Of a DNA stretch of 64,000 nt, positions 23,430-33,843 are shown piece by piece. Source of the stretch: Paramoeba atlantica (Eukaryota; Protista; Discosea); NCBI GenBank assembly GCA_977017575.1, contig CDRNVI010000060.1, positions 186,001 to 250,000 of the forward strand. The letters run 5' to 3'. A model generated the notes under the pieces. It was not told the DNA's origin, ran no database searches, and saw only the letters and a list, made by a program, of their open reading frames with translations. The position numbers were made by a program, and so were the translations under genes. Every line of letters starts with the position of its first letter. The stretch's first letter is position 1.

Positions 23430-24090
23430 TACACAACCAGTGCTTTGACTTACCGCAACCATACCTTCCTCTCTGATGAAGGCGTCCAACAGGGAGACCC
23501 TCTACGACCGCTTTTCTTTTCACTGCTCTCTTTGGAGCCTGAGAACGAGATAAATCACTAGGCTGACGTGTACTTGTAGTTATTTACCTAGATGATGGAA
23601 TGCTCATTGGCCGGGCAGAAGATGTGAGGAACTCACTGGATACGATTGCAAGGGTAGGTCCGCGTTGGTGTCTTTTTGAACATGAGCAAGTGCGGAATTA
23701 TTACCCCCCCCCCTGCTTCGGGTAACGTTGTAGCCATGTTTCCAGTCTGCGGCATAAATTCCATGTCTGCGGCATAAATGTCTGCGTCCTAGGAAGCCCC
23801 TGAACTACGCTTGGGTCCCCTGAATACTACGCTAATCACCCGAATACCAGACGACACCTGGTGTAAGGCCGGCTGAAATGTCTCTGAAAACCATAATTAG
23901 GATCAGGGACCACCAGGTAGCAATGGCGCTAATTCGAGAATGTGTAACTTTCTGCAAATTTTACAGAATAAAAAATTACAGACTTGATTTATGATTTAAG
24001 AACGACACCACTGCAATCACTTATGCACCTCTGCAAGAGTCTTGATGACGTACTTATGCATGCGGTCGAATCAACCCTCGCCTCCGAGTT
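23430..24090 (+). pseudogene. CRE/SLACS-type non-LTR reverse transcriptase relic
   Basis: EGVQQGDPLRPLFFSL (~23478), YLDDG (~23585), DQVAMALIRECVTFCK, YDLRTTP; frameshifts and stops. Confidence 0.75.
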
Positions 24091-24099
24091 TCACTCCAC

Positions 24100-24523
24100 C
24101 TCGTTCACCAAGAGGCCTGGTCAGGAAGACGCCGAACATTGTTCTACATCCTTTCTATGCTTACAATCACTGAAGAGGAGCCCAGTGCTAAGATCGAAGA
24201 AATCTTAGATCATGTACAGCGAACTATCGATTCTTTTTTGCACGGAGGACGTACTGTGTGTGGAATCGAAGTCACGTCAAAGCTCTTAGAGCGGGAACTT
24301 CTCCACATCAATGATCGCCGTGGACATCTTTTGCAAGATGTTCGATCGCGCGCGATCTATTTTGTGGAAGAGGTCAGTCAAGATCTTGGGTCCATTGTTT
24401 GCTCCGCGGCGTTCAAGCGAAGTTGCTGACTTCAGTGCAAAGTCTTTGGCGTTCTGTTTCCGAAAACGCTCGCGTTGTTGTGCAAACTGGCGTCTCCAGC
24501 GGAAAAACACTAACATCCGTTAA
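24100..24523 (+). pseudogene. Homolog of the accessory ORF at 60748-61352 (unknown function)
   Basis: FTKR..ITEEEPSAKIE..RTIDSFLH..RTVCGIEVTS..RRGHLL..KRSRCCANWR aligns with the 60.7-kb ORF. Confidence 0.75.
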
Positions 24524-24903
24524 CAGTAGGAGCGTTCTGTCGTAGAAGCGCCAGGACGTTCTGAGACTCCATCTGGCACATACCACCAGGCGGAAAGCAT
24601 TCGAAACTCTGACCGAATTGTCTCATTTCCACGTCTTTAATAGGTGAATTGATACTGATGAAGTTAAGTTGATACATACTGATACACAGTTAAGTTGATA
24701 CATACTGTAAGTGTTGAGTAAGCAAAGTAAGACCATTGAGTTAAGTTAGCGAAGCATACAATCTCTTCTTTCGATTCTAGTACCCCGTTCCAGTGGTTTT
24801 CGTTTGTTTGGGTTCATAAAAAGTTTTGCCTTTCTCATATTTTTTCTGTAAAAACTAGCAGATTTCTTTTTTTCTGAAGAATTTTTCGGTTTTTCCGCGC
24901 AAT

Positions 24904-25430
24904 ATGACTTTCTCGCGAACCAGTATTGGGAGAAGCTCTTACAGAGCTGGACAGGTCAAGTTAACCCATCGTATGCTCCTCGTTGAATACTATTATCGTG
25001 TGGAATCCATCCAAGCTACTGCACGCCACTACAATGTGACTAGCTGTAAAGTTCGTCGTTCGGTTCAACGTCACGAGGAAACGGGTGATGTTTCGAGGAC
25101 CCCAACACGTCGCTCCAACCCTGTGATCACCCCTGCCTTTGTGATGGACAGTATTGCGGTAATGGATCACCTAAACGCAACACTTCACCTACGTTGCCCT
25201 TCATGGAACTTCTTGCATAAAGAAGTTTTAAAACAAACGGGCTCACAGAGCAACCGAAGAGTCTTTATTAGAGCTCTAAAAGAAGAAGGTGTTGTGCAAC
25301 GAGGTGCCCCAAGAGTACACAACCTCACTTCTCGGCACAAGAGAGAACAGCTTGAGTTCTCCCAGGTAATGGATGTATTACATCCATTGCATTACATTGT
25401 AATGCAAACTGACGGTGGCAGGCAAGCAGA
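24904..25430 (+). pseudogene. Tc1/IS630-like transposase N-terminal HTH region, truncated before the DDE domain
   Basis: ATARHYNV..VRRSVQRHEETGDV..IRALKEEG..LTSRHKREQLEFSQ. Confidence 0.75.
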
Positions 25431-25873
25431 CCACTTGGTGCTCCAACGTACAAAAAAAGGGAAATTCGTGTACTAGAACCCCGTTTGAATGCGTATCTGT
25501 CACGTTTACTAAGCTTAATTCCAAAAGCTGAAAATGTTCTTCAAAAGATTCGGAAAATGGCAGGTTGTCTGTCGCTACCGTCTATGCGACACGTTCAAAT
25601 AAGACAACGCTTGGAAGGGTGTCTTGTAGGGTAAACATTTCAAACAACATGATTAGCACATCCTCTATCTGGAACCAAAAAGATTAAGAAAAATTAAGAC
25701 AAAGGTCCTTGGCGCTTCCAGGTGCTACCACCCAGAGTCACTCCTCCTAGTTGAATTCATTGTTTTTTCAATGCATTATGTACAGTGGCGTGATAGAAGA
25801 ATCTCGGGAGTTTAAGACTTAAAATGAGTTAAACACATACTATATGAACAAGTCACAAGATAAACTAAACTAC

Positions 25874-26130
25874 TTAACAACAAGCTTCGTGCCAGAGTAT
25901 TTCACATCAACCTCAGGCAAACCATTCATGCGAATCTCGCCATAAAGATTCGCGTTATTCGTAACATAAAGCAAAGTCAATGATTTAGGAAATGTAGAAG
26001 CGTCGACTAGACCAGAAAATTTTCGATTTCATTGTTTGAGGCAGAGCTCCAAAATCAAGTTCCCCGGAGAACATAAATTCTGTGTGACATTGAGAACCGT
26101 CATATTTCGCGGGAGATCTCCAAAAGGAAG
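25874..26130 (-). pseudogene. LRR gene 3' fragment (close paralog of 42073-42663)
   Basis: PFGDLPRNMTVLNVTQNL..SGELDFGALPQTMK; shares the 3' flank with 42010-42070; internal deletion. Confidence 0.85.
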
Positions 26131-26139
26131 GAAGTTTGT

Positions 26140-26400
26140 AGTGTCCAAGAGCGAAAAGTTTGTAAAATATGAGTTCCACTGGGAAACAAAGGGCCAAATT
26201 CTGGAACTTTTAAGCGACATTTTGAGTTTTCCGTAATTTTTCTAAAGCATTGACCATTCCGAGGCCTGACGCCGCATCGCGCGCAAGGAGTCTGAGCCCC
26301 GAAATAATGATTTCGAAGCCAACGAACAACATTTTCCTGCGTAATATCCGAAATTGAGGTAACTGCCAAGAGACAGATCAAAGTCACGCACCCAGAGCAG
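26140..26400 (-). pseudogene. Possible Merlin/IS1595 N-terminal zinc-ribbon relic
   Basis: VRWLRN..PCARCG..QCFRK..KCRLKV..LF. Confidence 0.3.
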
Positions 26401-27019
26401 TCCATATTTTTAAGAATTTCATATCTTTAAGAATTTCTTTTAAGAATTTCATATCTTAATTTCACTATTTCTATACCCAATTTTAGTACCCAAAACGTTT
26501 GGCATACAAAATTATTATTTAAAAAAAAAAATTTTAGGGTACATTTTCGATGGCATTAATCCTATTTCTTTTTAAACTTAAAAACGAAGCTTACATTTTT
26601 ACCTTTTGTATTTTAAGCGAATGGTCGTGCGTGGTGCTGTGCACATGAAATTGAAGAACAGGAATCGGAGCTCGCTTGGTTCATCCCGTTCATCAGGCGC
26701 TTCTTCCCGTTCACTATCGCCTTCGACATCCCCTTCATCTTCCCCTTCATTATCACCATGGACATTCCCTTCGTTATACATTTCATCGTCTTCTTCAGCA
26801 CCATCATCATCATCACTTTCTGATCCATTAATCGCTTTCACCGGTGCGGAATTACCACCTGCATCTTCTCCCAGCGATCATCAAGTTGAACAGGGAGCTT
26901 TACCTGTTGGTCCGCTTTGGTCTTGGATAAAGACCAATCCCCCTGGTCCACGAGTAGGGCCCTTTATGACTTCTCTTTATGACACACCCGCCGATGTCCC
27001 AACTGTGTTAGTTAAGGGT

Positions 27020-27915
27020 TCAAACGAACTAACGGCACAGGAAAAATTAAAAATGGTAAAAGTAATCTCACGGCAAAGGAACTTAGCGATCAATATTCGG
27101 TGACCTCCCGCACTATACATCGCATTAAAGAAAAGGGTGCAGTACATTACCAAGCAATAATTATTATTGCTTGGTAATGTTATTATTAATAACGAAAGCA
27201 GGATGTGGAAGCAAGCGGCTGAGAAAATTTAATAAGGACCGGGAAGATAATATTTTAAAGGTACAAGAAGAATTGAGCTCCATAATTATTATGGAGACTC
27301 TATTATTAATAGAGACACATTGTGCTATTACTAAGGAAATGGTTTTTAACGCAATGGAAAAATATGGTGTTTCTTCGAAAGGTCTTTCCGATAGGATTTC
27401 TTGCAGGCCTGTATGACATCAAAGAAAAACGGGTCTACCGGCTTCCTCCGACAATCATTTTGACTTCCCCAGAGCAAGAAGCAGCTAAATCTCGCCTTCT
27501 AAGGGAAGTTGCCCGTATAGCAGGCAACATACACCACTCTGTGTACGTTGAAGTATCTAATTCAGGGTGGACAAACCTTCATCTTTTCACTAACCTTTTA
27601 AAAAAGCATATAGATAACATCAGCGATCACAAACCACCGACCGTCATTTTGGTAGATGACTACACGGCTCACCGCACGTCCGACCTTCCGACGAACTGCG
27701 ACATGCATCGTATCGCTGGAGCCTTTACACCCTTTATTCAAGTACATGACAATTATTTCAAAAACAAGTTTAAGAGACTGTACCATGGTCCTCTGAAGAA
27801 GTGGAAAGAAGAAAATCCCTTCATTTCAAAAGTGAATCTTGTTCATTACGCGCATGAAAAAACATGGAAACGGTACCGCGAAGGATTTTTAAGACTTCAA
27901 CTCAGTTCATTTTAA
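27020..27915 (+). pseudogene. pogo-like (DDE_1) transposase, disrupted
   Basis: ELTAQEKLKMV (psq-like HTH), SNSGWTN..LF, VILVDDYTAH, TPFIQVHDNYFKNKFKRLY. Confidence 0.75.
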
Positions 27916-28169
27916 ATCCACTGACCCGTGGAATTGGAAGGACTGCACCATCCCATCTTCACAAAGGAAAACCCAGAAAAAAGAGAACAAAGAAGTCTCT
28001 CCTAGTAATGACGAAGAGAAGAAAGTCAGTTTAACCTCAAGACCTTTTTGCGTACCTCCTTTTGTAACGCGTGAAGCTATGGCATCAATTTCTCGCTCAC
28101 GCACCCCTAAACCGGCGGAGCCCTCTGTTACCCGCGAATTATCAGATCAGTCTCCGAAAGCAGATCAAT

Positions 28170-28680
28170 GGGCAAGTCTGCGATGAAAAAGTGCAATGAT
28201 TCCATCCAACAAACTTGATCTTCTTTCGATAAACTTTTTCATGTTTATAAAGTGAAATTCCCTTCTGAGGACGTTCTTTTTTGGAACGTTCAGTCTATGC
28301 TCCTAATTATGGGGCGAGCTAAATTTCCTTCTCAAGCTTCGCATCGTACTAGAATATTTGCGTGCCTCTACTATGCGTACTATGTTCTGGTCCATGTACG
28401 GGAGCATATTACGGTCTACGACAGCTTCAATAGGCACGCGCTTCAAAAATTCAATGCTAACGTAATAATAAATTTATTTAAGGATCATCTGTGTGAGCAT
28501 TTGAAAACGGACTCCTCGCCGTATTTAATAGTACCAATGAGTTGTCCGTAGCAAAGTTCCGGTGAAAACAGTTGTGCTATTCACGTGACAAATAATCTGT
28601 ATCACACTTTATTTGAAGTGCATGATATTGACATCATTTCCCGTCGAGATATTTGTGAAAAATGGGTTCCGATAGCTCCG
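28170..28680 (+). pseudogene. Ulp1-like (C48) cysteine peptidase relic
   Basis: GQVCDEKV, YYVLVHV..ITVYDSF, CP*QSSGENSCAIHV (TAG where Q is expected). Confidence 0.55.
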
Positions 28681-29079
28681 GATGTTTAGTTCTATCCCAT
28701 ATTTCGTAACCATATTGTACTTTAATGCAATATACGATGCTTAAATTTTCCACAATTTTGCTACTCTTTTAGCTGTTTTAACCCGTAGACGCATGTCTTC
28801 AGCTTATAGTACCCCATTGGGGTAGAAAGGAATTTTCCTAGGCGATAAAGATATTGAGGGAGATACTACTCGCTCGTTACCCAGTAATAATAAAAATTGA
28901 CCCGAAATTTGGCCTGAAATTTGGCGCGAAAAATCCGGAAGAAGTTTTTTTCGCAAAGAACTAAAGGCAGCACCATAAATAGTTCGTTTTAGTAAAGAAA
29001 AACTGCACCATTTGGACGACTCGAGACCCCCTTCTTCGGAAGCGATTTGCAAACCCCAATTTGCCACGTATGCGTTTTT

Positions 29080-29414
29080 CAACTTGAAGTGTAGGATACG
29101 CAAGACCGTAGAGGAAGGAGGAGGCGCAAGGCAAAAGCAGAAGGCGGAGCCTTCTGCCTTTTCGCCACAGCGACGACGACATCCTCGCGTGGGAAGCTGT
29201 AAGGAGTCCTAGGGAACATGTTTTTACTATGTAACCTAGGGTAATGTGGACGAGGGAGATACCAATAGTGTGGGTGCGGCAGTTTCCACAGGAAAAACGG
29301 TATCCCCCTTATGGCATGAGGACAAGCATATAAAAAGGTAGAGATGCCGTTTTTCCTGTGGGAACTGCCGCACCCACACTATTGGTATCTCCCTCGTCCA
29401 GTTTACCCTAGGTT
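29080..29414. repeat. Structured module ending in a 182-bp hairpin (copy 1)
   Basis: Arms 29233-29304 and 29343-29414 pair at about 68/72; upstream homologous to 63310-63470. Confidence 0.9.
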
Positions 29415-29467
29415 TCTGTAATTACATGCTCTCACTTTTTTTGTGACCTTTTTTTTGTGCCCCCATC

Positions 29468-29570
29468 CTAGTTATCTGTCCGACACTGGACTGCCTAGTT
29501 ATCTGTCACACCCCTACCCCCCCTAGCTATCTGTCACCTTATAACTAAAAGTAGTGACAGATAACTAGTA
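29468..29570. mobile_element. MITE-like CTAGTTATCTGTCAC repeat
   Basis: Three direct copies and one inverted copy (GTGACAGATAACTAG); relative at 37961-38040. Confidence 0.6.
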
Positions 29571-29613
29571 GTAATATTGTATCGACCACGAATTTTTGGT
29601 CGATACTAATAAA

Positions 29614-32038
29614 CAGGGTTCGCAGAAACTATAATATAGTAAAATATCGTTTTTTTTATTGAATATAGTTACTATATAGTACTATATTTACTATATTTTA
29701 CTATAAAACTATAAGAAAACTATAACCTTTTGTTGCATTCCAAATGGTATTTTTTGTGTAAGTGAGTAACACACACGCGTTTTTATACGTCCATCGTCAC
29801 TCCACCTCCGCACTTAGCCTGCCCAAAGCCAAAAAAAATATAGCCCAAACTCGAAGTATCCGTTTTTAGTAAATAGTGGATAAGTCTACTCGCTCGTAGC
29901 AAATGCGCTTTTTGTATTCTACAGCATATTCCGCGGCATGAATTTGAACGAGAGTCAAAGAGTAGCCCTGCTCACATAATATTTGATACACCTTCGCCAC
30001 GCCCCCGTACTTTACAGTTCCTTGGGGGTAGAACCATTGCCCCCCTACCCAGATGCGATAGTTCTTCGGGTCCGCAGAAATCATAGTAAAAACTGACTTG
30101 CAGCGGTACAGACTCCAAAGAAAATCCATCTCCGACGTGTTCACGGAGTCTTGTTTCATAAGAGAGGAATATTTATGAGCAATTCGTTGCCCCTGGGCTT
30201 TCAAAGCGCTGATTCCATCTCCTGTTACTACGTGGGCTACCTCGGCGACCGGGTCCAACTCAACTTCTATTGCCTGCGGGAGCAGATTCTGCTTCTCCAC
30301 GGAAGAACGTAAACTACATCGAATAGATGTTTCTGCCGCCACCATTTCTGGAGACATACGCGCACGAAGATCATCATATATAAATCCCACGGAACTAAAC
30401 AATCGCTCACAACTTGCCTCAGAAGCAACAAAGGAAGTCAGCTTCAGTGCCGCCCAAGACAAATGTAAAAATTTGCTCTTAATTGATAAATCCGACCAAA
30501 ACTGAAACATTTCACTTTCTTTTTTTTCAATAGAGGAACCTTCGCTCATGTTAAAAAACTCCTGCACACGTCCACTAAACCACAATTTCAAATCTTGACG
30601 CACTCCCGACTCGGGCGCTTCTTTATTAGGGGTTTTTGACTTTATCGCTAATTGCGAGCAGCACTTGCTGAGTCCTACGATGCAAGACCGTCCGTTCCAG
30701 TCAATGCATGGAGACAGTGATGCAGCAAGAAGATGTTCGTGTCATACTATTCGCATGAGACGATCAGCCAAGACCATCCCATGTGGCTGAGGTACGTCAT
30801 TTATTAGCTGTATCCACATTCGCATTGCCGTGGGGAGCGTACAATCATCTCTTTCTATGAATCTGCCAACAATGCGATAAATGAGAAGCGAATCAAGCCA
30901 CGAAAACATTCGAGCTTTTGCCGTAAACGCTTCCCAATTAGAATCACCCAGAGCACGCTCGACCGAGTCAAAGGTCGACCACCAACGTGTCGGACAAGGT
31001 GCCCGCCACTTTTCGTAATTTTTTCCGAGGCCTAAAATCTCATCAGTATTTTCCATCCGCATTGTGTGCCCCATGCAAAGTTGAAGCGAGTGGACCATGC
31101 AAACAGTGTAAGCTATTCCACTCTCTTCAGCGGTTATCATTAAACCCTTTTTGATTCCAGCTCCTGCGTCTGAAACCACGTGCGCCACAAAAATTCGATC
31201 GGCGCAAAGCTCCTCTATAACCTCTTTTAATAGAAGTTGAAAGGCGGATGCATCACTTGCGGGCATGGGTCTGACGGTCCAACACATAGACACACCATTG
31301 TTGATCATTGTAACGGCGCAGGTCGTACGATGGTGAAAAGTGGCTGTGTCTAAACATAAACTCACATCCGAAAATTTAAAACCAAGGTCAACGCACATCT
31401 TTACTCTAGTTTGCTTTGCATACTCAATGGTCAGTTCGTTTAATTTTTCCCTTCGAGGTGGAGTGGGACACATGCCTCGTACAATTCTGTTAAGAAACAA
31501 AGGATGCTCAAGAAATTCCGAACTCTGCTTTCCAAACTATTATATCCTTATGGTCCTGAGGTTTGGACGCTTGTGAAGAGATGTTTAACGTCGGATTTGC
31601 ACGTCGACGCTTTTCGTTTTGTTCAGCACACCAGGCATCATATTTTTTCTAGTGTTTCACTAAGTGCTTCTCTGCGGAATGATAATCTGTCGATAGCCCT
31701 CTTGGAACCAAAAAACGCTTCTTACTTCCCTCCACACACAGGTTGCATTCTACCGCTGGTTTCTGTCCTTCCGTGCGCGGTACTTCACTAAAATAGTCTT
31801 TACAGAAATTTCCCCTCGGCAGTTTCGTTTCGGGCATCTGTTTCGGTTTTAAAATGAAGAAAAATTAAGAAAAAAAGGGATAAAAACACATTTGCATATG
31901 ACTAGGATGGGTCAAAGGGCTTAAAAGCACCTTGAAATACGAAGAAAAAAAATATAGTTTTTTATAGTTTTTGAAAAAAGTTTATAGTAACTAATATATA
32001 GTACTATATTGATAGTTTTATAGTTTCTGCGAACCCTG
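29614..32038 (-). mobile_element. hAT DNA transposon, complete ends, disrupted transposase
   Basis: TIR CAGGGTTCGCAGAAACTATAA at both ends; 8-bp TSD CTAATAAA (29606-13, 32039-46); BED finger (31649-31837), CLD, VSDAG, CMVH, PTRW (30742-31500), ASEASCERLFS (29866-30603). Confidence 0.95.
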
Positions 32039-32506
32039 CTAATAAATACAATATTTTTTGTTGATTTCCACCAGTTGCCACTGGCCTCCAAAAAGTTGGA
32101 CATTATCATATCGGATCTGTGCAAACGTATAGTGAAGCATAAAAATAGGAGAGAAATCACTCAGCTTCCCTCGAGATGACGATTACGTGGCCGCGTACAT
32201 CAGAACTCATTATGCTAATTTCCTGCAAATTCGAAAAAAAACAACTAAAACTCAGGTCAAAACTCAAAAAAATGGTCGATACTAATAAATACAATACTTT
32301 GTGTATCGGCCATTTTTGTGAACAATACTTTTGGGCGGGGGTGTAAAATAAATAATTGTGAAATATTAATTCGTAAACAAATTTCGAAATGACGAGCTGT
32401 ATTCCGTATGTTTCCATAACGCAAAGGACAAACACCTTCGTCACTGCATGCTTACCAATAATGTCTTTGAGCAATTTAAGGTGCACTATCCTTAAAAAGG
32501 TATTTT

Positions 32507-32603
32507 AGTGGCTTCGTTAAACGCGGAGGTAGTTTTCAACGCTAAGCGCGCAGCATAAGTAACTTCTAAATTGAAAACAACCACCACGTTTAACGAAGCC
32601 ACT
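32507..32603. repeat. 97-bp palindrome (family with 59915-60000 and 60152-60339)
   Basis: AGTGGCTTCGTTAAACG..TTTTCAA / TTGAAAA..CGTTTAACGAAGCCACT. Confidence 0.9.
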
Positions 32604-32794
32604 CAATATTAGAAATTTCCACCATGTTTACTGTACTTTTTGGTCAAAAAAAATTAGTCATTTTTTTCGGATATTTTTTTTCAAACGGCACTATAAGTGG
32701 GGGGGGCACAGTATTACCAAGAAATTATACACTGTGGAAGAGCTCGGCTTAGGTATGGACTTATGGATCATTGAACACATTTGCGGGAAAGGGA

Positions 32795-33355
32795 CTATTT
32801 AATAACTATTTGTGTACCAGTACAAATATAACTAAAGTTTTCTCGTAAATCGCTAAACTGAATCTCACCTCGAAGGTTCGGGTTATCAGAAGCGTAAAAG
32901 GAAACTAACGTTCTCAGATCAGAGGTCGTAACGAAACCTGAAAACTGGTTTCGAGAAAGAGAAAGAGTGCGCATTTGCCCAGGGAGATGCGCGAACTCAA
33001 GAGGGCCGTGAAATAAGTTTGCCGTGACGTTGAGATCCGTCATGTTGCGCGGAAGTTGTGCAAAAGGAATAGTTCCCGTCAACCTGTTAAACGCAAGGCG
33101 AATGAGCGTTATCGAAGAAGGCAAGTACTCCCACATTGGTACACCGGACATGTCTCTATCACCCCAGTCGATAGACATAACTTCGTCAGATTCAGAATCA
33201 CATGTTACGCCCCTCCATTGACATGCAGGAGTGACAGTATTCCACGTTGAATCGATCTTTTCCAAATGCTGAATGTATCGCTCAAGGTCGTATTCTACCG
33301 GTAAACTCCCACCTCGTAACTTTCCTAGTTTGGAATGAGTTGGAACGTGATCCAT
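32795..33355 (-). CDS. Leucine-rich repeat protein (short)
   Basis: 186-aa ORF; LGKLRGGSLPVEY, PACQWRGVTC, 3-4 LRRs. Confidence 0.92.
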   Translation of the reverse strand: MDHVPTHSKLGKLRGGSLPVEYDLERYIQHLEKIDSTWNTVTPACQWRGVTCDSESDEVMSIDWGDRDMSGVPMWEYLPSSITLIRLAFNRLTGTIPFAQLPRNMTDLNVTANLFHGPLEFAHLPGQMRTLSLSRNQFSGFVTTSDLRTLVSFYASDNPNLRGEIQFSDLRENFSYICTGTQIVIK

Positions 33356-33629
33356 GTTTGCAAAAATTGGTAGGGAATCTACTTACAAGTACTGAAAGAA
33401 AGGATCTACAGTATTAATAGAGGACATTATTTAATGTCCTTAGTACACTACTATTTAATAACACCACCATTTACGACCGAAAACCTTTTAGATCTATGAT
33501 TTATGGATTTAGATTCATAGAAGATTCATGGAAATACCCAAACTTACCCTTTCAAGTGTGCATTAAGTCGCGGAACGTTTGATTGGGGAGATTTTTCGCG
33601 AAGGGATAAAGCAGGCGAGCCACATCGTA

Positions 33630-33676
33630 AGGGGTTGCGTCTGGAGACCAAAACGAGATCACGCGAGATCTGACCG
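33630..33676. mobile_element. Fragment of the GAGGGG-TIR family
   Basis: AGGGGTTGCG..ACGAGATCACGCGAGATC as in 37887-37944. Confidence 0.55.
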
Positions 33677-33843
33677 TGATGGAGTGCATCGCAAACGCCA
33701 ACATAAATTTATAGGCCAACATCTATTATACGTACCCAGAATACAAAACATAAGAAGGCTAGGGTTGGAAAGTTAACTTCCCTCGAAAGAAAGGCTTACT
33801 GAGGAGAACTTCTTAGAACTGCCTGGCTATGAATTGTAGCGGC

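Noticed and set aside
29080-29230. SRP (7SL) RNA or other known ncRNA
   Set aside because: No helix-8 motif; occurs as diverged dispersed copies attached to a long palindrome
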